Below the pieces are notes generated by a model that was given only the letters and a program-made list of their open reading frames with translations, was not told the DNA's origin and made no database searches. 64,000 bases of DNA from Chlorokybus atmophyticus (lineage: Eukaryota; Plantae; Mesostigma and Chlorokybus algae): NCBI GenBank assembly GCA_009103225.1, contig RHPI01002503.1, positions 1 through 64,000 of the forward strand. Reading direction: 5' to 3'. Positions 24,736 through 36,087 of this stretch are shown piece after piece. Every line of letters begins with the position of its first letter. Within the stretch, counting starts at the first letter, position 1. A program made the translations under genes and the position numbers.

Positions 24736-27040
24736 CTAGAAGTCAAATCGCTTTTTGGACTTCACAAAAAAGGAGGTCTTATCAACCTCCTGCGGCACCA
24801 CCAGCTCGGCAAGCACTTTGCCGACTTTGGGTGCGTGCTTGGCTCCGAGATGTTTATGGCCAGCCTATAGATGACAAAAGCTGTGACAACAGAGCCCAGA
24901 TCCTTCACAGGATGAGATTAACAGAAACCTCAGAGCACTCACCAGAAATTCTAGGCTGAAAGCCCTGGTCGACGTGTCAAACTTGGCTTTGAGCGTGAGG
25001 TCGTGCCGGAGCTTGTGCTTGTATACAGTGGCTAAGTTGCTGTCTGTGGCGTCAAAGTATGTGCTGTGTACAAGGCAACATAAGCGGGGATCAGTTCAAA
25101 GAACCTTTTTCTACGATTGCAAGCACTTGTACAGTCAAATCATGTTGCTTGTGACATGTGTTGGACTGATAAACTGTACGGTACAGTGCTGCGCCAGAAG
25201 AAGTTTCTTTGTCATGGTTTGTACGATAAGGCAAGACAAAGAGCTTTAACGCACCTGATCTTGCTGTGTGCATTGATGTTGCGCTTCAGTGCCAGCGAGC
25301 ACGCATTGGTGGCAGCATTGAATGAAGGGATCACTGTGTAGTTGTCTTTCTGCATGCAAGTACAAGTTTCAATGGAGGCACACACAGCAGGGACACACGC
25401 ACGCAAAGGTGCACACGTTGATACCCAACACAGACACTCAGACATGCACGCGCACATACACCAACACACGGGGACACACCTATACATGCCACAACAATCT
25501 CACAAACACACATGCGCACGCGCACGACTGCAGAAGTGCACAGACACACATTGCCGCACCCGTGCATATGCGGCGTATGCACCCGCAGGCGTACACACAC
25601 ACATGTGCGCGCACCCTTGGAAAGGCACATATACATGGCACACATACAACCCGGTGCACACGCTCACACGCATGTGCACCCGCGTGCGCACACACATACG
25701 CGCACAAACACACATTCACACGCACGTATCACCTTGTACTTGTACTTGAACTCAACCACTCTGTGTGCCAAGCTCCCGCTCGTGATAAGCACACCTTCGC
25801 CCACAGGAAACCCCACAAATCCACTGATCCCAGGCGGGGTGTTTGTGAACTCATCGCCATAATGCGAATACTGCACTCGGCCAAGCTTGGCTCCGAGCGC
25901 CGCACCTGTCTGCACAACACACGCTCAGTTGCACAACCAACAAGTCAGCAAAGTTCTCTTTTGCCCCTTTGCTTACCACAGCCGCCTGCTGCAAGTTGTA
26001 CATTACGGACACGTTTGCATCATCGTGTTCACCAACATTCGCGTTCAGGTCCACGACACTGTCGTTGCCCTGCATAACCAAACATGTGTACATCACACAT
26101 ACTCACATGCTGCGCTTATGTGATGCGCATGCATATATATTACTGTTGCGCCATGAACAAAACAATAAACTATCCACGGTCACCTGGGGTGTGATGTCAT
26201 GCTGCAAAGCCATGCGGACTTTGTTGCCAATGAAGCTGCCGACACTGAACCGACACGAGCCATCATCCGCATTGTAGTAAGCCTGCGCGGCGGGACAGGA
26301 TGATACATACGCCTGTCGCACCAGCACGACACACACAAGTTGTCACCGAGTAGCAGTTCAATATACCTCAAACTTGTCGGACTTGAAGCCCACAACAGGT
26401 ATCCCAACATTCCAGGGAGTGCCAATGCTAGGGAATGATGCCTTGAGCTTGCCTTGCCCGTTTGGCAACTGGAATGAGAACCTGAGTGTATATACATGTA
26501 TATTGCTAAACGGTAAGCAACAAAGTAAGTTGCGTGGTGCTCCCTTTACTCAGTAAACTCACGTGTTGTGAGAAGGGGCTTATGCCCAAGCATGCTTGTT
26601 TCTGGCTTAATGCATATACACTTATGCATATAGCTTGCACGTGGCATTGATGTTGCATGTGTTCGAGTGTATTTGATTATGCTGCATGCAATGTCAGAAA
26701 TGGAATTGAAGGATAAACATACTCAAAGCTTAGCAAGCAGCTAATTAGGGTTCAGTGAATTCCAACTCCAATGCAGTAAAGACCCAACACGCACTGCCCA
26801 GAACAATATGTCCACCTGCATGGTGGCAATGTGTGCATGACACATGTTCGCCACAACTTCTCACACTGCCAAATGTGCGTGAACTTGCCATAAAATACAC
26901 AGTTGCATCAGGAAGTCACTTGCATCCAACAACCGTGTTGTAGTGCACATAGTGCACCTGTTGACGGAGTCCTTGGTCTGGCTGTCAAACTCGGTGGAGA
27001 ACTTCATGCGTTGCTCCGTGTATCCCCTCACCCTCGCCAT
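24736..27040 (-). CDS. OEP37: Plastid outer-envelope pore protein OEP37-like beta-barrel; multi-exon
   Basis: Spliced exons give MKFSTEFDS...GKLKASF...FKYKYK-KDNYTVIPSFNAATNACSLALKR...TYFDATDSNLATVYKHK...LKAKFD...LVVPQEVDKTSFFVKSKKRFDF*. This is colinear with land-plant OEP37 as recalled (RVTSEFDS...YAYKDD..FIPSIS..AFKRR..YKAGYD..KKRWDI). Confidence 0.75.
25370..25730. repeat. Degenerate alternating purine-pyrimidine (CA/CG) tract in an intron; similar tracts at 16720-17350, 21930-22050 and 38440-38600
   Basis: cacacgcacgca-type low-complexity sequence read directly. Confidence 0.8.
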
Positions 27041-28100
27041 GGCGTTAGATCCAAGATGACACAACCGCACAGCACAGCACGACGGCAACGCTGCCGCCCA
27101 CAACCAGCACCACAACTACACCGCAGGCAATTTTTGTAATTTGTTTTGGTTGTTAGACATCAATCAAGCGGAACTTCCGACATCCTTCCGTCCTGCCAGC
27201 CTTCCCTTCCGCCAGCGGCGTCTTCGCTGCCGTTGATGCAGAAAGTCAGCGTTGCCGGCAGCGTTGTTGACAGCGTCGTAAGACGGGACCCCACGTGCGA
27301 TTCGGAGCGATCGACTCACTGGCTACGACCGACATCACGGCGCTGCCAGGATATCGGCTTGGTTTGTGAGTCAAGTTGCGCGTATCCGACCAGAGGTACC
27401 GATATCTGTGTATGCACGGGGCTGAACGGGTCGCATCCATAGCCGTTACAGCGGGTTTCAAACCAGCTGAACCTTAAAGCGTTGACAGCCAGGCGCGTGT
27501 CAAAGCGCGGAAGACTCGACTCACCCGCAGACAGCCGCCTTTTCCCGGTTAACGTCTATCCGTTTAACTCCGCTGTCAACGCCAGAGCGCGTCGCAGCCA
27601 ACCTCCGTCAACATTGGTTCACCGGCTGTACGTGGGAGACCAAGCCTTGACCGACTTTTTATTGCGAGCGTTTTAACCAAGCAGGGGTTGACTCAAACCG
27701 GGATCGGAGCCATGTCACTGATCGTCTCGTCATCATAGAAGAAAACGGTGGCAAGAAAACTGCGCTTTCGGTCGGTCAGTGCAGTGGTTTTGTGTTGCTG
27801 CGCATGCTGGGGCTGCCAGCTGGCGGTGTTGGACTAAGACGTGAAGTCAGGGATAACTTACTCACTGAGCTTATAGCCGGCGGTGTTGCTGTGCCTGTCA
27901 TTGTGTCTGTGTGTGAGGGTGCGCGCGTTGCGCAAAGGCAGGCATCTATTCCACCTTTCTTGCATTGGTTGGCGGCGGCGACAGCTTGGCAACGGCTGTG
28001 AAGGCAGTCTCAGGAGACTTGCAGGGATTGCTGGATAGGGTTTAGCTTAGATTTAGCGAGCTTTGTGGCAAGCCTTTTGGTTTGCTTCTGCTCGTTCAGC

Positions 28101-29620
28101 ATGGCGTCGCGGTCAGTGCTGCTGGCGCTATTGGCTGCTGTGCTCTTCTTGCAGCTCGCCGCCGCCGGCGTCGCCGCTGGAGCCGCCCGCAGAGAGCTGC
28201 TCCAAAGCAATATCCCCACAGACAACACTGCCCCTCCTCCCAAGATTGGTAAGCTGCTGCTTGTGGCTGTGTCCAGGGCTTGGCTGGCAGTGGTTGTCAA
28301 TGCTTGCTCGCCTCGAATAATCAGCGGAACCTTGAGCTCAAGCTGGTCCTGCCATTCGTGTGTGCAGAGGGTTCTTGCAAGGCCCTGCAGTGCCCGGACA
28401 ACTACACGGACGTCTGCCGCCTGGCCCCCCTGTGTATTGTGCAGAACTACAAGTACGTCTGCTTCTACACCAACAAGAAGTCCAAGGATGGCGCTGCATG
28501 CAAGAAGGGCTTCCCCAACTACTGCAAGGACGGCGAATGCAAGCGTAAGTCACAGTTCTAGCAGGGCACATAACAATCAATATCCCAGTTGTACTGCTGC
28601 AAAGGCAGCATTGGTTTCTTACAGAATGTGGAGTACAAGCAAGCCACTCACTTGTGGCAATTGCAGAGGCGTTCTGTTTCCCTGGCGATGCCACAGTGCA
28701 ACTGGAGAATGGCCAGAAGATTGCCATGTCCAAGTTGATGCCTGGTGCCCGTGTGCAAACTCTGAATAAGAATGGGAAGGTTGTGTACACCGATGTCATG
28801 CTGTTCCACCACGCGGTCAATGGCCCGGCTGATGGCGCCCCAAGCCCGATGCTCAGCATTGCTTACGAGTCTGAGGGGCGCGCTGGATCACTGCGACTGT
28901 CACCTGAGCATATGCTTTACACAGCACCATCTACCAATGCCTCCGCAGTCAAAGTTGTTCCCGCCATGGCGCTGAAGGCTGGTGAGTATTCTTGATAGCA
29001 ATTGCCATGCAAGCGGGTATTGTGTAGCGTCTGAGTCTGCACGGTGGAGTTGTACGATGCAGCAAGCAGCAGCTTCATCACGTGTCGTTTATTATGGTCG
29101 CAGGTGACTTGGTGTTGGTGGAGTCTGCTGGTCGGTCAGTAGCAGTTGAGATTGTTGGCATTAGCAAGGCTGCTGCAGCTTCCAGCTACTATGCTCCGGA
29201 GACAATGTCTGGTAAGCCAACCACCAAGCAGGATTACTGAAAAATCCCTGCTCAGCACTTTAGTAGGTTGCTTACACTGTGGTACAACGCGACACAAGGT
29301 TGTTGAGTTGTCCAAAAGTAACTCAATGGCATGCCATCACAGGCAACCTGTTGGTGGATGGTGTGCTGGTTTCCACGTACGCTCGCCCTGCGAACACCCA
29401 CGAAGGCGCCCACATGTCAATGGCGCCCATGCGCGCACTGTACAGGATGTTCCCGAGCTTGTTCTCTCAGCGCCAGACGGGTGTTTTCTGGTACAATCAG
29501 ATGCTCCTCAGCATCCCCCAGCCAGTCCGTGATTTCCTCGCTCGCACATTCCTGCATGGCAAGGTGGTGCAACGGCCGCATATCGCTGCGACCATTGAGA
29601 CAAACTCTCTGGCGGCCTGA
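28101..29620 (+). CDS. Secreted Hog-domain protein (signal peptide, 8-Cys domain, Hedgehog-type Hint + sterol-recognition region); exons 28101-28248, 28368-28544, 28667-28981, 29104-29211, 29343-29620
   Basis: Hydrophobic signal peptide, then AF|CFPGDATVQLENG (Hint block A), LRLSPEHML (block B), GDLV, YYAPETMSGNLLVDGVLVSTY, and HMSMAPMRALY...GVFWYNQML (SRR-like). Splice phases are consistent. Confidence 0.88.
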
Positions 29621-30750
29621 GTACAAATTTGCTGGAGTGTACTTGTACCAGTTCTTTTCAGTCTAGGCGCATGATGCCTGGCAAACACATTCGAGTTGCA
29701 AGATATTGGATGGATCGGTCACAGCAGCGTCTTGTGCGGGGATGTGCTGTGTTATGTAGGGGATCTATAAGGTTGATGCGGAACTTCCGAGTAGAAGTGT
29801 CTGCTACTGCTGATTTCTCCATGTTCAATGGTTGTCGGCAAGTCATCATGTTCTTCATGATTCGGTTGTCCTTGTTGTAATTGTTGTGTATGAGTGCAGG
29901 TTGTTTTGTGATCCTCAGACTGTTTAGGCCTACATATGTGCAAGCTTCATTGGAGTCTTTCACCTGTGCAATGCTGGTCGACATGGAGTCATGTGGCCGA
30001 ATAGAGAAAGGGGTCACAGGGCGGACGTGCACACTTCATTGCATCAAAAGCCTCATCTGTGGCTGGGCTGAGAAGTGTGAATACATCTAACTTGTATGCC
30101 AACGTTCATTGTTTGCTTTCAGCTCTGACATACTGCTACGGTTTTGTGTATTACCAACACGCTGATGTCCGCAACTTGTGTTACCGCTGTTGTGAGTATT
30201 GGCACTTGCATGTATGGGTGCAGGTTGTACATTGAGTAAATGCAATCATGCAGCATATGTGCATGCAGATGACTATGCCACACTGCTGATCTCACACAGC
30301 AAGCCCTGCCAGAACACAGAATACAGAATTGCCGTATGCTCGGACTAGCCAGTGCACCCATACCAGCCTGCGATCACTCAATAATTGCCAACAAGTGAGT
30401 CCGCAAGCACAACACCAGTGAAGTGCTGTGTGTCTCACACAGCACTTCACATACCCTATACAACACCAGTGAAGGCACTTATAACATTGCAAAAAGAACC
30501 CCCTCCCATCAAGCAGCAGAGAGTCATATGAACGAGTTCTGCTTGAATATGGCTGCATAGCAGATAGCGTGCACTCAGCAGCACATGCACAAAACGTTCT
30601 ACATGAGACGGATACTAATGAACAATGATACAAGTACTAATGAACAACCTCAGTTCAAGCTGAAAGTATAACGCAACTGCACAAGTCGCTGCATGACAGC
30701 GACGTGTCAAGGTATACATCGCCTTGTCTTGTTGAGCTCAACTGCATTGA

Positions 30751-33700
30751 TCACTCGCACTTGATGGCGCGGTAGATGTGGCGCACAAACAGCAAGGAAG
30801 CGCGGTAACCGACGGACCCAAGCATCAAGAAGAACCCGTAGCAAACCGCTCCCATGTATCCAAAGAAGAAGGACGTTTGCATGAGGCCCGTCATGTCCGA
30901 TCGTGCATTGTAATAGTAGAAGCAGTACGCGTAGATGAACAGCCCTGTGGACCCACCGCACAAGACAGACCTGCAGCGCACACATGTTAACCACTGCAAC
31001 ATGGAAGCCTGTAACCAAACTTGATGCTCGCAAGATTGTACCTCCACCACCAGTGGTGATCCTCAGCTGCTAACTGGAAGTAGGTGAGGGCAACAGTGAT
31101 GAAAGCCGTCACGATCAGCAAGATTAAGAAGACGATGAAAAGGATGCTGTAGATGGTGTACACCTGGCAGAGCAATGGTGAGTACTTGTGTGCAATAACT
31201 ATGCGTGCTCCGCTTCTGCACAAACCACAAAGAGCCGAACCACACAAGGCAATGTTCTCGCACGTAGGCACCCACACACCTTGTGGCCCCAGACGCTAGC
31301 AAAGATGTAGTAGAGCTCAATGTAAATGGCGCTGAATGGCAGGAACCCGGCCATGCACATCTGCACAAAACATAGAACTTAGCTCAGATTATGGCATCCA
31401 AACATCCTGTAGTTGGCACTAAGGTGATCTGACCAGTCACAATGCTCGTTACCTGGGGGACCGTGCCGCGATACCATGGCAGCGGTGGAACCTCACGAGG
31501 ATACTTGGTTGTCCGCACAGGGGCATAAAACTCAGTGGTGGTGTTCTTGCCAGCAATGCCTCCGATAACCTGGCAACAACAGTGGTTAGGACTTGCACAA
31601 TGATGCAACACAGTACAGCATTTGCCAAGCCATCAACTAACACCAAGTGATTTGAAAGCGCCTACCGTTAGAGGGATGGTCACCAGTGTCCAGATGACAA
31701 TGATCACGCAAATGGTTCCAAACGGAAGTGCTGCGGTAGAGTGATATGCAATTGCAACAGTGTTGCAGAAGCTGAATACCAGGAACAATGGTCCGCAGAA
31801 AAGACAGCAGGTCAAAAGAACATTCCTCACCTGCATGACCGCATGTCATGTGAGCTTCCACAACAATGCTTATAATCCTGATAACCATGCATGTGGCAAG
31901 CAACTCACCCAGGTTTCGCCACCCATCTGCTTGAAATTGCAGGATGAGACATAGCCTGCAATGCCAGCAGTCAAGGCATACAGGACAATGCTTGCAGTGT
32001 ACAGCGCTCCGCGGTTGTAGGGATAGAACACCCCAACGAGAGCCAGCAAGAAGATGGCAATCATCATTGTAAGGAGCTGGGTGCCAGAGCCAATGATGGA
32101 GCAGAACAGGCTGCATGCAGCAAGCATAGGGTGAGGAACAAAACAACAAATGACAGAATCTGGCATCAGATTCCCTTAGCAAAGGGCTGATGAAGGCTAG
32201 CCATGCTAAGTACCTGGGGTGCTTGGGGAAACGGAAAACATCGCCATGGATGTACTTCCAGCCTGTCTCTTCTCCATCGTCAGCGTCATCCTCACGGGCG
32301 TACCTGCACGTGAACTATTAGCCTGCAAAAAATCTGGGAAGAAGCAGTCTCCTCATTGCCATATCATGTACAATTCAGACCAAGCGACTCACTTGATGAA
32401 GTCGTTCTTGAGCACACGCATGAGAATGGTCGCCAAGAAGCCGGTCAATAGCAGTACTGTCACACAGCTGTTAATGATACTGAACCAGTGAATCTCCAGA
32501 TGCTGTGGCAGGAAGGAGTATCGCGAATATTTCTCCATGCGGCGCTCATATGGGATGTTGGTCTCCTTCCACTTGACAGAGTATGAGAATTGTACCTGGT
32601 GGTATGCACAGTCCATGGTCAGTGGTGCCTGCTGTTTCAGACGCGCACCATGCATGCCCTGTGTTGTCAGCCCTGCAGTCCCTGTGCACACTACCGATAC
32701 AACCGAAACAGCACTTGACGCACCATAGTCTCTTGGTCGCCTGAAATGTCCACAGTGCGCGTTGGGTCTGTTGACACATTGATCTCGATCACTTTATCCT
32801 CGTTGTAGTTAATCTCAAAGTGCACGTGGGTGAACAGGTAGTAGCGAAACTCTGTGCCTCCACCACGCACAATCTTCTCCATCTGCGTAGCACAATGTTT
32901 ATCAGCACATGCATCTGGAAAGGCAGGCAGTTATTGCTTGCAAAAGTACACACAATTATGGTACATGGTACCAATTTAAAAAGACCCATCAACGCTATGC
33001 CATGGCTCACCTTGCCAACGAATCCCCAGATAGGAAGGTCGTCATAGTACATCTGGAAGTAGTAGTCATCGCGTACGGCACGGCGGAACTTTTCTAGCTC
33101 ATCCTTGCCCAACCTCTGATTGCATAGTGGCTGCATCTCACGGTCGACACGGAAAGACAGATCGTACAATGAGCTTGCCAGACGATCGCCATTCAGGACT
33201 TCACCCAGATCCTCGCTCTTATGTTGCACGCCAGCGGCCGGCGGGCAGAATGGGAGATCATAGTATTGGTATGTTTCACTGCACACAACGAAATGAGGTG
33301 AGCCTCCTCACCACTCCACTCCGGAGATTGTTTGAAGAGCAAAGGCAAAGAAAACAATGCTGAGCGAGGTCACAGTTTAAAACAGTTGCCATTGCTTGGC
33401 TCTGCCGATCCAGTACTGAAAGGTGACGTATGCAAGCGATATCAACCAGATATCAAGCCTACATTACTTCACAGCCCGAATAGGGGATTGAGGTGTCACG
33501 GTCGAGCTCCGGTAGGTCCATAATCAACTTCAATGAAGGAAATGTAATCAAATGCGCAATGTGAACTAGGGTACTGCAGCTGTGGAATCCCTAAATCGCG
33601 TCCCTAGCACCCTCAACATCCGAAACAATATTGATGTGAACTGACAAGATGCATTATTCTTTCATGCATTGCCCCAGACGCTGTCAACCTGTCGAGCTGC

Positions 33701-34082
33701 TGGGCTTTCAATGCGACACGTAATCTGAAGACGTGGCTAAAGGGCAACGCAAGCTACACAACGCTAGAACAAGGCCAGCATGCAACAGCTGGACGATAGC
33801 ATGCGCGCAAAGACAATGACGGCTTCGCCCATGATGTGGCATAAGGGGCGAACATCACACATCGCAATTTAGCCACTACACCGTTGCTGCAAGCGACGGA
33901 ACTCTTCCGTCACACCTTGGGTTATGGAAAGGGCCGACTTTGTTGGCGTAAAGGGGGACTTTCTCGTGAATCTTGTAGCTGCTGCTACCGAGGAGCTGCC
34001 GGCGTGCAGCAGCAATGGAGGCATCCGCGAATGCAGCACAGTACACGGCCAGCAACAGCGCCACTGCTAACAACCTAGCCAT
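30751..34082 (-). CDS. Transmembrane 9 superfamily member (EMP70/nonaspanin, TM9SF1/TMN2-4-like)
   Basis: [112 protein letters not shown]. Confidence 0.95.
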
Positions 34083-34092
34083 AGCTGCGGCC

Positions 34093-34101
34093 AAACCCTA
34101 A
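34093..34101. promoter_or_regulatory. Telo-box AAACCCTAA next to the TM9SF start
   Basis: Read directly, 11 bp upstream of ATG 34082. Confidence 0.5.
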
Positions 34102-35580
34102 CCACCACCTCCGATACGTCAACTCCGCATAGGACGCTCGAAAAGCTCTGCTACACGCACACCGCTGGGCTTGATACCAAACCCCCCTTGACTCACGTAT
34201 GTCGCCAGCAACAACAACGAGGACAAGACTACTGTAGCCCTCAGGACAAGACCTTCTCGGCTATTTTCAGCTGCCAATCACAGCTAGCAATGCCTAGATC
34301 CCGTATTGTACGCTGGCTACGTCGCCATGCCCGCCCGCAGCCCCGTCGGGAAGGAGATCGCCGCCGCCGCGGCAGCAGCGGGAGCAACGACAAAGCACGC
34401 CACCTCCAGCTGGTGGCGCAGGCAAGCTTTACCCCAAAACGAGGCGAGTGAGCACGGCGGCCTATTGCTGTTGCCTAAGGTTCGTTGGCCCCGAATGTAT
34501 TTAACGGCGCCACTCGGCAGTTGACAAGCATCACGCGGCCCATACTTTATGGGGCATACATGCATCAAGCCAACACGCAGCAGCCTGGCAGGCGGGCTGT
34601 CTCGTCAAGCTTAACTAACGGCAGAGCGTTCTTGGACTTGACAGCGGTTCCGTCAAACGCCTTTCGACGACAGTTGCCCAAACCGGGTCACCGCATGGTC
34701 CAGGCTTACCCGCAGGTTTTGATCTGCATGTGTTGCAAAACAGGTAATTGGAGTATCAAGTGCCTTCGTTCATGCATACAAGCTTTCATGAATCAGAAAA
34801 TGCTGGTTTGCATAGTGACAGAGAATACGTAACATAATTTCGGCGTTGTAACATAGCATATCACACTTGCCTGAAGGTATTATGTATTCGTGATCAAAAG
34901 TATCATTGTTAAGACACTTTATTTCGCATATTATGCAATTAAGTATGTTGTACAATAGCAAGAATTCATGCTAAAAACGATAATCGATACTTACAATCAA
35001 GAAAGTAACTTATTGCACCTTAATGAACTGATGCAACCCTTGCCCTTGCATGATGTATAAGTAACTTAACGTGTAAATGTCCGGTATTGTACCGCATGCA
35101 ATATTATACCTAATGCACAACGTCTCGTAAGAAAAACATTACCACATTGCAATACCTGATAACATGTAAGTACAACGTAGGAATGTGTAATTGTACCATG
35201 CAAGTAGCAATTACTAATATGGGATAATTGGTATGATGGTTAATATCACAATCATTTTGAGGTGTTATTGTAATGAGCAAACAAAGCTTCGACTGACCTT
35301 AGATATATAATGTTTATTGTGTTGTATTATGACAGCATGCAGCTAACAGCAGCAGCAGATTCAAAGCTAAAACAATATAGTAAATACATTTTAATTCGGG
35401 ATGCATGTAAGTGCATTGATCGCGACGAATTGTGCAATTGATTGAAGTGCCAGCAATATGTTGTAGATATTCAAACATGCGGTATGGTATGCATTGTTCG
35501 CAAGTAACACAAACAATTTGGCGTCGGCGGTGCTAGGGCAATGTACGCAAAAGTGGTCTGCTTCCGTGAGTCACACAAGC

Positions 35581-36087
35581 TGTCACGGGAGGACCTGATG
35601 TTAATGCCATAATGGCCACAAAACTCACTTCGTGCTTTTGTGGTCTAATGGTTCATAACATTGGTATCGGAGCTTACGACCAAAAGATCCTATGGTTGAA
35701 CCCGCCTCCCGGCAGACGATAAAAGATTTTTGAGGTTGTTGTTATCGATTCAAGAATGCTGAGCGCGCATTTGCTCAGTGCAACGCGCGACTTGCCGGAC
35801 ATCAGTCGATTATTGCGACGCGTTGCGCGCACTTGGAGCCGCCGCTGGGTGGTATCGCGCGACTGACAGTCGGTCAGTCGGCGGCGTAACTTTTATTCAA
35901 TACGCATTAGGACTGCTCAGTGAGCAGTACAAAGCGCTTCTACTGTTACGTGACGATATGCCATGTGAAACCCACATCTCATGAGGATATTGGATGCCTA
36001 AGTGGGGGGGAATGTCACGGGACGACTATATAATAATAACGCCATAATGGCCACAAAACACACTTCGTGGCCTAGTGGTTTGTTACA
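35581..36087 (+). mobile_element. TRIM (terminal-repeat retrotransposon in miniature), 507 bp, non-autonomous LTR element
   Basis: 5' LTR 35581-35660 (TGT...ACA) and 3' LTR 36013-36087 share TGTCACGGGA, GCCATAATGGCCACAAAAC and CACTTCGTG. PBS TGGTATCGGAGC at 35662-35673 (iMet-tRNA type, one mismatch). PPT AAGTGGGGGGGAA at 36000-36012. Identical 5-bp TSD CAAGC at 35576-35580 and 36088-36092. Confidence 0.92.

Noticed and set aside
25322-26077. 251-aa His/Thr-rich ORF and similar ORFs at 16715-17524 and 38336-38867
   Set aside because: They arise from alternating purine-pyrimidine intronic or intergenic tracts, mostly overlapping real genes.
35590-35630. CTGATG...GCCATAATGGCC...AAAC resembling a hammerhead ribozyme; also CTGATGA at 37752
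   Set aside because: The catalytic core CUGANGA...GAAA is incomplete. The first motif is explained as TRIM LTR sequence.
35581-36087. Direct repeats as a CRISPR-like array
   Set aside because: Only two copies, explained as LTRs with PBS, PPT and TSD. No cas genes, and the context is eukaryotic.
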